Shown piece by piece: positions 51,271 to 59,814 of a DNA stretch of 64,000 bases. Origin of the DNA: Candidatus Multivoradales bacterium (GTDB lineage Bacteria; Acidobacteriota; Thermoanaerobaculia; Multivoradales; Multivoraceae); the NCBI GenBank assembly GCA_965223325.1, contig CBDCWI010000002.1:256001-320000 (forward strand), given 5' to 3'. The position numbers and the translations under genes are program-made. The notes beneath the pieces are model-generated. The model saw only the letters and a program-made list of their open reading frames with translations. It searched no databases and was not told the origin of the DNA. The first letter of the stretch is position 1; each line of letters opens with the position of its first letter.

Positions 51271-51654
51271 ATGACCGCGAAGACGCCCAAGACGAAGACG
51301 CCGCAGAAGGGCCTCTCGCCCTCGGAGTGGCGGGTCATGCAGGCGTGCTGGCGGCTCAAGCGGTCGACGATCCGAGAGATCCTCTTCCAGATCTCCGAGC
51401 ACGCCCCGGCAATGACCTACACCACGGTCCACATGCTGCTGACCCGGATCGTCGAGAAGGGCTACCTCGAGCTGGAGCAGGACCGGGGCAACAACTACTA
51501 CACCCCGGCGGTCGATCGCGACACGATCGTCCGCGCCGCGGCCGAGGACTTCGTTGACAATATCCTCGCCCGGGAGCCGGCCAACCTCGAGATCCTCGAG
51601 GAAGTCCTCGAAGACCGCAAGGCCGCGATTCCCGCCGAGAAGAAGCCGAACTGA
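51271..51654 (+). CDS. BlaI/MecI/CopY-family repressor
   Basis: LSPSEWRVMQACW, YTTVHMLLTRIVEKGYL, YYTPAV. Confidence 0.9.
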   Translation: MTAKTPKTKTPQKGLSPSEWRVMQACWRLKRSTIREILFQISEHAPAMTYTTVHMLLTRIVEKGYLELEQDRGNNYYTPAVDRDTIVRAAAEDFVDNILAREPANLEILEEVLEDRKAAIPAEKKPN

Positions 51655-51867
51655 CGGACGCCGAGCGATTGGGGTTGAAGAGGCGCGCCACGATCTCTAC
51701 AATTGTTGACATCGTGCGAGACGGCCCCGTTCAGACCCACACCCAGCGCCAATGAAGACAGCGAAGAGGGTCGTGGAGCGGGGTCGTCCGCCGACTTATC
51801 AACAGATGTTGACTCCAATGCACCGATCTCGACACAACGTGCTCTCCGACCAGAGGCCTGCCTCGAA

Positions 51868-52053
51868 ATGATGTCTCTCGAAGAGTGCCGCGAGATCCTC
51901 GGCGACAAGGCGATCGAGCTCACCGACGACGAGGTCGTCGAGATCCGTGACCACTTCTACTGGCTCGCGGACGTCTGCATCGACATGGCCAGCGAGGAGC
52001 TCCAGCTGGCAAATGGCAAGGGTGCCGACGAGATCCCACTTCGGCTACTCTAG
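51868..52053 (+). CDS. Small acidic protein directly upstream of the integrase (candidate directionality factor)
   Basis: MMSLEECREILG..LTDDEVVEIRDHFYWLAD; ends 9 bp before the integrase start. Confidence 0.6.
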   Translation: MMSLEECREILGDKAIELTDDEVVEIRDHFYWLADVCIDMASEELQLANGKGADEIPLRLL

Positions 52054-52062
52054 GGAGGCCTC

Positions 52063-53508
52063 ATGTACGCCGTCATCTACTGCCGCGTCTCGTCGAAGGA
52101 GCAGGTCGACAACTTCAGCCTGCCGACTCAGGAAGCCGCGTGCAAGGAGTTCTGCGAGCGGCACGACTGGAAGGTCGATCGGGTGTTCGTCGAGCGCGGC
52201 GAGTCGGCGAAGACTGCGGACCGCACGGAGTTCCAGCGGCTCCTCGAGTACTGCCGAGCGAACAAGAGCTTGATCGACTACGTCGTCGTCTACAACCTCT
52301 CCCGCTTCGCTCGCAACCAGTACGACCACCACGTGGTCCGTTCGCTCCTCCACAGCCTGGGGATCACGCTGCGGTCGGTGACCGAGCCGATCGACGACGG
52401 AGTGACCGGCCAGCTCATGGAGGGCATCATGGCGGCCTTCCACGAGTTCGACAACGCGCTGCGCCGCGAGAGGGCCATCGCTGGGATGAGGGCCGCGGTC
52501 GAGGCGGGCAAGTGGTGCTGGGGACCTCCGACCGGATACGACATGGTCGATGGCGTGCTCACGCCCAACGACGATGCCGCGAAGGTCCGCCGCGCATTCG
52601 AGCTTGTCGCCGGCGGCTATTCGATCGCCGACGCCTACCGCGAAGCGAGAGACATGGGGCTGGAGATGAACCGCTCCGGCTTCTACGGCATGCTGCGGCG
52701 GTCGGCCTACGCCGGTTGGGTGGAGTCGAAGAGCCAGGGGATCAAGGCGCCCGGCACGCACGAGCCGATCGTCGACCAGGGCGTCTTCGACCGGGTGCAG
52801 CTGAAGCTGTCGGGCGAGGCGACTGTCTACCAACTCGACAATCCCGACTTCCCGCTCCGGCGTTTCGTCCGCTGCGGGAACTGCGATCGCGTCTACACGG
52901 CCGGCTGGTCGAAAGGAAGAAACAAGCGCTACGGCTACTACCGCTGCGTGAAGTGCTCGAGGACCTCGGTGCGGGGGGCGGTGCTCGAGGAGCAGTTCGC
53001 CGAGCTGCTGCTACGGGTCCAGCCCAGCCCCGAGTACCTCGCGATGTTCCGGCGTGCCGTGACGGACCGTTTGAACCAGCGGGAGAGGGAGGCTCGGGAG
53101 ATCGCCAGGAAGGGCCGAGCTCGCGTCGAAGAGATCGACCAGCGGCGGGAGCGACTGGTCGAGGCGTACGTCTACGACCGAGCGATCGACCGGCAGGTCT
53201 ACGAGTCGCAGCTCGACAAGCTCAACGAGCAGTTGGCTTTGGCGAGACTCCGCGCGGTCGATGCCGAGATCGAGCAGATCGACGCCGAGGGCATCATGCG
53301 CTTCGCGGAGCACCTGGCCACCAACGCGGCCCGGCTCTGGGTCGAGTTCAACCCGCGCCAGAAGCAGCGCTTCCAGCGGTTCATATTCCCCGACGGCGTG
53401 CGCTACCGCGACGGGGAGTTTTTGAACCCGCGCACGTCCCTCCTATTCAACGAGATAGAAGAGGACGGCGACAAGGCTGTAGGAGTTGGTCGGCGCGAGA
53501 GGATTTGA
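52063..53508 (+). CDS. Large serine recombinase (integrase); its C-terminus runs through the right att site into the antisense tRNA
   Basis: IYCRVSS catalytic Ser, SRFAR, PTGY, HEPIV, zinc ribbon CGNC/YYRC..C, coiled coil. Confidence 0.95.
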   Translation: MYAVIYCRVSSKEQVDNFSLPTQEAACKEFCERHDWKVDRVFVERGESAKTADRTEFQRLLEYCRANKSLIDYVVVYNLSRFARNQYDHHVVRSLLHSLGITLRSVTEPIDDGVTGQLMEGIMAAFHEFDNALRRERAIAGMRAAVEAGKWCWGPPTGYDMVDGVLTPNDDAAKVRRAFELVAGGYSIADAYREARDMGLEMNRSGFYGMLRRSAYAGWVESKSQGIKAPGTHEPIVDQGVFDRVQLKLSGEATVYQLDNPDFPLRRFVRCGNCDRVYTAGWSKGRNKRYGYYRCVKCSRTSVRGAVLEEQFAELLLRVQPSPEYLAMFRRAVTDRLNQREREAREIARKGRARVEEIDQRRERLVEAYVYDRAIDRQVYESQLDKLNEQLALARLRAVDAEIEQIDAEGIMRFAEHLATNAARLWVEFNPRQKQRFQRFIFPDGVRYRDGEFLNPRTSLLFNEIEEDGDKAVGVGRRERI

Positions 53509-53563
53509 ACCTCCGACCCCCTGAACCCCATTCAGGTGCGCTACCAGGCTGCGCCACGCGCCG
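53487..53563 (-). tRNA. tRNA-Pro(GGG)
   Basis: CGGCGCGTGGCGCAGCCTGGTAGCGCA-CCTGA-ATGGGGT-TCAGG-GGGTC-GGAGGTTCAAATCCTC-TCGCGCCGACCA; 77 nt. Confidence 0.97.
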
Positions 53564-53965
53564 ACGAAGCGGGATCCTACCCGAACCGTCGTCTCGCGTC
53601 AGCAAGGGGGTGGGGCTTTGATCTTCCGGCGAGGTAGGGACGCCGAGGGACTCTGTACCAAAGGGAGCCGGCCTCGACTCGCGGCTTCGCGGCCTCGGCG
53701 CGAGAGGATTCTCTTTTTCCGAAGATCCTCCGACCCCCTGAACCCCATTCAGGTGCGCTACCAGGCTGCGCCACGCGCCGACGAAGCGGGATCCTACCCG
53801 AACCGTCGTCTCGCGTCAGCAAGGGGGTGGGGCTTTGATCTTCCGGCGAGGTAGGGACGCCGAGGGACTCTGTACCAAAGGGAGCCGGCCTCGACTCGCG
53901 GCTTCGCGGTCTTGGCGCGAGAGGATTCTCTTTTTCCGAAGATCCTCCGACCTCCTGAACCCCAT
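53491..53965. repeat. 217-bp tandem repeat containing degenerate tRNA-Pro copies
   Basis: CCTCCGACC recurs at 53510, 53727 and 53944; copies 2 and 3 have an expanded, disrupted T-loop and no CCA. Confidence 0.9.
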
Positions 53966-53983
53966 CGAGGAGATGAGATCGAC

Positions 53984-54484
53984 TCAGCCGGGCAGCCGCT
54001 CCAGGAGCTCCCGAGCCTCGGAGAGTAGGCCGCCCAGGTCGCGTTCTACCTCTCTTAGAACGTTCTGGCCAGGAGATCCGGTAGTGGCGGCCTTCTGCTT
54101 CGCCTTCTTCTTGACGCTCGCTTTGCTGGCCCGGCCGTTGCCGGCTTTCTTGGCCTTGCGTGAGGTTCTGGCTTTGGCGCCCGGCGGCTCTCGAGAAGCC
54201 TCTTTCTCCTTTGGCGAGGCCGCCGGCTTCGCCGATGGCGTGGTGCCACCGGCGATTTCGGCGTCCAACTTCTTCTTGGCGCCGACGATGGTGTAACCCT
54301 CGTCGTAGAGCAGTTCGCGAACGCGTCGCAGCCACTGCATCTCCTCGCCACTGTAGGTCCTCTGGGTGCCCTTGGGGGGTTGATTCTCGCGTAGAAAGTT
54401 GAATTCGCTCTCCCAGTAGCGCAGCACGTAGGGCTGCACGTCGAGGTCGCGGCACGCTTCTCCGAGTTTCAAGGCCTTGGACAT
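53984..54484 (-). CDS. MerR-family HTH regulator
   Basis: KLGEACRDLDVQPYVLRYWESEF, QRTYS, LLYDEGYTIVGAKKKL; this gene commonly neighbours tRNA-Pro. Confidence 0.9.
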   Translation of the reverse strand: MSKALKLGEACRDLDVQPYVLRYWESEFNFLRENQPPKGTQRTYSGEEMQWLRRVRELLYDEGYTIVGAKKKLDAEIAGGTTPSAKPAASPKEKEASREPPGAKARTSRKAKKAGNGRASKASVKKKAKQKAATTGSPGQNVLREVERDLGGLLSEARELLERLPG

Positions 54485-54528
54485 AGAACCGCCTCAGCTA
54501 TTCATGAGAGGAAAGGGCGTTGGCCCGG

Positions 54529-55257
54529 TCAACGGTTGTCGAAGTTGAAGCCAAAGCCCGGCACGGTCGGCAGGACGCCGCGCACGTACTGGACGACCCA
54601 GAGGTCGACGTTGGCAATGTGGCTTCTGGGTACGAAAACGACATCCTGCGGATAGAGGTACACCATCTGCGATGGTTCGCCTGACTGCATGGCCTTCATG
54701 TCGATGGCGTAACCCTGATGCTCTCCCTCTTCATTCTCGCGAATGAGCACGACCTGCCGCTGACGAGCGGTAGGCGTAAAGCCTCCGGCCTCTTGAATGG
54801 CCTGCAGGAGATTGACCCTGCCATGGATCTCGTAGGCGCCCTGGGAGCCGACCTCGCCGCCGACGAAGTAGCGCTCTGGGGCGTACTCCTGGACGATCAC
54901 GCTGACTTGCGGTGAGGCCAGCTCACCGGTGTAGCGCTTGATGAGCTCCTCCTCGAGATCACCCGGCGTCTTTCCACCCGCTTCGATCTGGCCGACGAAG
55001 GGCAAGGAGATGCGACCGTCTGGACGCACGGGCTGCTCTTCGTCGAGCTCTGGGTTGTTGTAGAACTTGATCGACAACTCGTCGCCGGCCTGGAGCCGGT
55101 AGGTCGTCTTCTCGGGCGGCGGTGGGGGAAGCTCCAGGATGTTCTCGAGCTCGGGAGCGTTGACGGGAGTGGTGACGGAACAGGCGGAAAGCAGACCGGC
55201 AAGGAAGGACAGTAGAAGAAGCATCGGGAGTCCTGAACGGACTCGAAGAGAAAACAT
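54529..55257 (-). CDS. Polysaccharide export lipoprotein (Wza/OPX family)
   Basis: LSAC lipobox, YRLQAGDEL, VRPDGRISLPFVG, SLBB-like AIQEAGGF. Confidence 0.9.
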   Translation of the reverse strand: MFSLRVRSGLPMLLLLSFLAGLLSACSVTTPVNAPELENILELPPPPPEKTTYRLQAGDELSIKFYNNPELDEEQPVRPDGRISLPFVGQIEAGGKTPGDLEEELIKRYTGELASPQVSVIVQEYAPERYFVGGEVGSQGAYEIHGRVNLLQAIQEAGGFTPTARQRQVVLIRENEEGEHQGYAIDMKAMQSGEPSQMVYLYPQDVVFVPRSHIANVDLWVVQYVRGVLPTVPGFGFNFDNR

Positions 55258-55496
55258 GTGAGGGCCTCCTGCCCGGTCGCCGCTGGCGGTCAGGCACCTG
55301 CCAGAAAGGCTAAGGTGAAACCGAGAGCGCGGAGCCGGAAAAGAATTCGTGGGTTGCGCGTATCCTCCTGTGAGGGTTGCTCATCCACGGGTTTAGATAC
55401 TTATGACTCTATCTCAACCCGGGGCCGATCGGGGCCGACACCAGGCATCTCGACGACCCGCCGCCACAAGCTCGAGACTGACTTGACTGAATAGCC

Positions 55497-56669
55497 GTGT
55501 TTTCCTCCGATTCACCCACCCCGCACGTCGCCGTTGTCTACGGAACGCGCCCTGAAGCGGTCAAGCTCGCCTCAACGATCGAGTGCCTGCGCGCCGCTTC
55601 GGTGCAGACGACTGTGATCTCGAGCGGTCAACATCGCGAGCTGCTCGCGCCGATCGAGACGTTCTTTGACCTCGCCCCTCGCGTTCGGTTGGACGTGATG
55701 CGCGCGAAGCAGCCCCTCAACGCGCTGCTCGCTCGGCTGTTGACCGCCCTCGACGGAGCATTCGCCGAGGTGTGCCCGGACTGGGTTGTGGTCCAGGGTG
55801 ATACCACGACCGCGCTCGCCGCCGCGATGGCCGCCTTCCAACGTCAAGTCGCGGTTGCCCATGTCGAGGCCGGGTTGCGCAGTGGTGATCTTTCGAATCC
55901 CTTTCCCGAAGAAGCCAACCGGCGACTGATCGCACCGCTGGCGCACCTCCACTTTGCACCCACCGAACGCAACCGCCAGGCTCTCGAGGCCGAAGGCATC
56001 GCACCGGATCACATCCTGATCACCGGTAACCCGGTGGTCGATGCTCTGTTCTATGCAGTGGAGAGGATCGATCAGGAGCCCGCGCCCGGTCGGCGGTGGT
56101 TGCACGATGGAAGCGACGGGCAGGCGGTGGAGAACCGAGAACCCATCGTCCTCTTGACGCTTCATCGGCGCGAACTGACCTCCGGGCACTTCGACGCACT
56201 GCTCGAAGGGTTGGCGCGAGTGGCGGGGGAGTGGCCCGACCAGCCCTTCGTCTTTCCGGTGCATCCGTCGCCCGCAGTGCGCGAGCCGGTCGAGGAGGTC
56301 CTCGGGTGCGTGCCCAACGTCGAGCTTTTAGAACCTCTGTCGTACCCGGAAATGGTCGCGGCAATGCGGCAGGCGCGTCTCATCGTGACCGACAGCGGCG
56401 GCATCCAGGAAGAAGCGCCCACGTTCGGCACGCCGGTCCTGGTTCTTCGCACCACCACCGAGCGCCAGGAAGCGCTCGACGAGGGCATGGCAAGGCTGGT
56501 CGGCACCGACCCGGCGATCGTCCAGCGAGAGCTGTCCGTGACTCTCGAAGGTCAGAGGTCGGGCTCCGCCCCAGCCCGGACTCCCTTTCCGTCGCCGAAC
56601 CCCTTTGGTGACGGAAAGGCTGGCGAGCGCATCGTCAAGGCGCTCCTCGACTGGCCCCGGTCGACTTGA
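55497..56669 (+). CDS. wecB: UDP-N-acetylglucosamine 2-epimerase
   Basis: GTRPEAVK, GQH, QGDTTT, HVEAGLRS, TDSGGIQEEAP, PFGDGKAGERI. Confidence 0.95.
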   Translation: MFSSDSPTPHVAVVYGTRPEAVKLASTIECLRAASVQTTVISSGQHRELLAPIETFFDLAPRVRLDVMRAKQPLNALLARLLTALDGAFAEVCPDWVVVQGDTTTALAAAMAAFQRQVAVAHVEAGLRSGDLSNPFPEEANRRLIAPLAHLHFAPTERNRQALEAEGIAPDHILITGNPVVDALFYAVERIDQEPAPGRRWLHDGSDGQAVENREPIVLLTLHRRELTSGHFDALLEGLARVAGEWPDQPFVFPVHPSPAVREPVEEVLGCVPNVELLEPLSYPEMVAAMRQARLIVTDSGGIQEEAPTFGTPVLVLRTTTERQEALDEGMARLVGTDPAIVQRELSVTLEGQRSGSAPARTPFPSPNPFGDGKAGERIVKALLDWPRST

Positions 56670-56968
56670 AGGCCCTGAGATACGACCAGCCCTCCACTTG
56701 TTTCGAAGCCGCCAGAACGGATAAAATCGCCAGTATCAGGTGACAGTTGTCGCCCGGACTTCGAGTTTCCCCCCTCAAGGGAACCGTTCGTGGCAGGATG
56801 TGACGCTTGGGCGCTTCAGGCTGAATCGCCTGTGCTCCCAACACTTACACGCGAGCGCATGGCCGCGGAGTTCTGGTCCTCGCCAACAGCGGGGAATGGG
56901 GGATCGAAAATGCTTGGCCCATATTCACACATGCTTCTAGAGCGATTGTCTCCAAAAGGCTAGACAAG

Positions 56969-58450
56969 GTGCTCCAGGAAAAAAAGTTTCCGCTCCGGGA
57001 AGTCCTCGAGGCCGTCTCGCGTCGTCGTCGATGGGTCCTGGCGATTGCGGGAACCGGTACGCTCCTGGCCCTCGCGACGATGGTTGGCGAGCCGCTCTTG
57101 TACTCAGCGAGCGCCACCCTGGCGATCGACCCTGGGCGTGGCCGGGTCACCGTCTCGCCCGAACTCGGGCCAGCCGTCCAATCCACGGATCGCGTCTCGC
57201 TCGAGGAAGTCAACCAACACGTCCACCGCCTACGCAGCCGCGAGTTGATGCGCCAGCTCGTGGAACAGTACGGCGGTCTCGACGACATCCAGGCCAAGCC
57301 GTCACTGTCGCCCTTCGCGATGTTCAATCGCCTGCGCGACGCGATCAGCCCGGTTATCGCACCCGATCCAGCCACAGCCCGCGCCGAGGTCATGGGTCGC
57401 CTTCTGACCGTCGAATCGATCAACCGCGCGAATCTGATCGGCACAACGTTCACCTCCGAAGACCCGCAGGAAGCGGTCGCGATCCTCGGGCAACTGATCG
57501 AGCTCTATCTCCAGAACAGTCTCGAACTCGACCGCGACAGTCAGGCGATGGACTTTCTCGGTCGACAACGACTGGTTCAAGAGGAGCGTCTGAGGAGCGC
57601 CCGCGAACGTCTCGACACCTATCTCGCCACCCGCGGCCTGGAGGAGAAGAGCGGCGACCTGCGGGCCCACACCATCGAGATCAACGACCTCGAGTCTTCA
57701 CGCGCCAAGGCGGCGGCGACTCTGGCTGGCCTCGATGCGCGGACAGAGTTCCTCGCACGCGAGATCGCCAAGCTCGAACCGCATGTCGAGGTGAGCGAGG
57801 TCGATGCCGAAAGCGAAGGGCTGCGCACGTTGCGAGCGCACCTGGTCGAGCTCGAGATCGAGAAGGCTGATCTCTTGACCCGCTATGCGCCGGGAAGCTC
57901 GGTCATCCGGAGCAAAGAGCAGCAGATCGCTGAGATCGAACGTCAGATGGAGCGCGCCCGCCTGACTCCAACCCGCAACGAGAAAGTCTCCAATCCGACC
58001 TACCGCGCGCTCGAGACCCAGATTCTGGAAACCCAGGCCGAGCGCGCCGGGTTGCGCGCCAACGTCGCTTCCCTCGACTTTCAGATCGACGCCCGTCGCA
58101 ACGACCTGGCGCGACTCACCGCCGCAGCCCCTGACCTCGCCCGTCTCCAAAGCGAGCTCGACTCGGCACAGGCTGCGTGGCAGAACTACCTGCGCAAGGA
58201 AGAAGACACCCGCTTCGCGATGGACATGGACCGCTCGAACATTCTCAGCATCCATGTCGTTGACCCGCCGCGAGTCGACGCCGAACCGATCGCCCGACGG
58301 CGTCTCCTGCGCCTGGCAATCGCGGCCTTGGTGTGGCTGGCAATCGGGCTGGTGGCCGGCTACCTGCGCGACCGTCTCGATCCTCATGTCAAGAGCTCTC
58401 ACGAGATCGAGCGTCTCACCGGAGCTCCAGTGATCGCGGAGATCGCCTGA
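56969..58450 (+). CDS. Polysaccharide chain-length determinant / co-polymerase (GumC-like)
   Basis: Two TM segments flanking a long coiled coil; IHVVDPP, EIERLTGAPVIAEI. Confidence 0.85.
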   Translation: MLQEKKFPLREVLEAVSRRRRWVLAIAGTGTLLALATMVGEPLLYSASATLAIDPGRGRVTVSPELGPAVQSTDRVSLEEVNQHVHRLRSRELMRQLVEQYGGLDDIQAKPSLSPFAMFNRLRDAISPVIAPDPATARAEVMGRLLTVESINRANLIGTTFTSEDPQEAVAILGQLIELYLQNSLELDRDSQAMDFLGRQRLVQEERLRSARERLDTYLATRGLEEKSGDLRAHTIEINDLESSRAKAAATLAGLDARTEFLAREIAKLEPHVEVSEVDAESEGLRTLRAHLVELEIEKADLLTRYAPGSSVIRSKEQQIAEIERQMERARLTPTRNEKVSNPTYRALETQILETQAERAGLRANVASLDFQIDARRNDLARLTAAAPDLARLQSELDSAQAAWQNYLRKEEDTRFAMDMDRSNILSIHVVDPPRVDAEPIARRRLLRLAIAALVWLAIGLVAGYLRDRLDPHVKSSHEIERLTGAPVIAEIA

Positions 58451-58452
58451 TC

Positions 58453-59814
58453 ATGTCCACCATCTTCGATCCGGATCGCTTCCTCCGCCACTTCTTTCTC
58501 ACGGCCGAGCCCTTCGCCCTCACTCCAGACCCTGAGTTTCTCTTCCTGAGTGAAGGCCACGCCGACGCGCTCGCGGCGATCGAGCTCGGGGTGATGGAGA
58601 AGCGCGGTCTAATCACTCTCACCGGCGAAGTCGGGACCGGCAAGACGACACTCGCCCACGCCGTGGTCGCCGAGTGGCGTGATCACCTGAACACCGCGTA
58701 CCTCAACCGCGGCACGTTCAGCTTCAGTGACATCTTGCGCAAGGCCCTTCATCAGTTCGGCTTGCCTTCCGACGGTGATACCGCCGACTGTCTCGACCGC
58801 CTCGGGGTGTTTCTCGAAGAACAGGCCGAGCGCGGCAAGATCGTCGTTCTGTTGATCGACGAAGCGCAGAACCTACCGGCCGAGACCTTCGAGCAACTTC
58901 GCCTGCTGCTCAACTTCGAAACCGCCAAGCAGAAACTCCTACAGATGGTGCTCATCGGCCAACCTGAGCTCGATGAGCGGCTGCGCACTCCCGAGCTCCG
59001 TCACATTGAAGGTAGGGTCGCGGTCAGGAGTCGCCTCCGCCCGCTCACCGACGGCGAGTGCCGGGCCTATATCGACCACCGCCTGTCTGTCGCGGGCGGC
59101 GACCGCAGCCTTTTCGACGTCCGCGCGGTCGACGACCTGATCGCAGCCTGCGGTGGCATTCCGCGGCGGTTGAACGTCTTCTGTCACAACGCCCTCTTGT
59201 TCGCCTACGGCCGTTCGATCACCAGCGTCGACCGCGCCTGTGCCCAGGAGGCGATCCGGCGCGGCAGGCTCGATGGGCCGGCCGAGGTCGACGCTGGCAG
59301 CATCCGCGGCCTGGTGCCTTTCCTGCGAACCTTCCTCCCCGGAGGCGAACGGCAGATGATGGCCGCGGTCCTTGCCGCAGCAATCATTGGCGCGCTCCTC
59401 GCGTCTACCTGGCTCAGGGGTGGAGGCGCGTCAACGAATGCGACCTCAGCAACTGAAGTGGGAACAGAGATCCCGAGCAACAGCGAGACAGAGGGGCGTT
59501 CGGAGGCCGGAGCGAACACTGCCGAGTCCTCCGAAACCGGCGCTCGACCCGCGACGACGGAACCCGGGCCCTCCCAGGCAGCCGGCCCAAGTACAGTGCG
59601 GGAACGGTTCAACCAGCAGCTGCGCACTCACACCCTGAAACGGGGAGAGTCTCTATCCGGGCTCATCCTTTCTCTCTATGGGCGCTACGACAACGAGTTG
59701 TTGGCTGAGTTCGCTCGCATCAATCCCGATCTCGGAGACCTCGACTTGATTCCTGAAGGCACAGCAATTCGGCTACCCGAGTCGGCGCCGGCAGACGCCG
59801 AGACGAGACGATGA
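58453..59814 (+). CDS. ExeA-like AAA ATPase with a TM segment and a C-terminal LysM-like domain
   Basis: PFALTPDPEFLF, TGEVGTGKT, LIDEAQNL, LIGQPEL, GGIPRRLN. Confidence 0.9.
   Translation: MSTIFDPDRFLRHFFLTAEPFALTPDPEFLFLSEGHADALAAIELGVMEKRGLITLTGEVGTGKTTLAHAVVAEWRDHLNTAYLNRGTFSFSDILRKALHQFGLPSDGDTADCLDRLGVFLEEQAERGKIVVLLIDEAQNLPAETFEQLRLLLNFETAKQKLLQMVLIGQPELDERLRTPELRHIEGRVAVRSRLRPLTDGECRAYIDHRLSVAGGDRSLFDVRAVDDLIAACGGIPRRLNVFCHNALLFAYGRSITSVDRACAQEAIRRGRLDGPAEVDAGSIRGLVPFLRTFLPGGERQMMAAVLAAAIIGALLASTWLRGGGASTNATSATEVGTEIPSNSETEGRSEAGANTAESSETGARPATTEPGPSQAAGPSTVRERFNQQLRTHTLKRGESLSGLILSLYGRYDNELLAEFARINPDLGDLDLIPEGTAIRLPESAPADAETRR

Larger units (their letters stand above)
30489..53494. 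mobile_element. ~23-kb serine-recombinase integrative element with a plasmid-like replicon, inserted at the tRNA-Pro 3' end
   Basis: TGGTCGGC direct repeats at 30489-30496 and 53487-53494; recombinase abuts the tRNA; cargo of repA, ssb, ardC and R-M genes between core genes. Confidence 0.88.

Noticed and set aside
30489-53494. Prophage or self-transmissible ICE
   Set aside because: No capsid, terminase, tail, relaxase or T4SS genes were recognised.
53696-53780. Second functional tRNA-Pro
   Set aside because: The T-loop is disrupted by an insertion and there is no CCA end.
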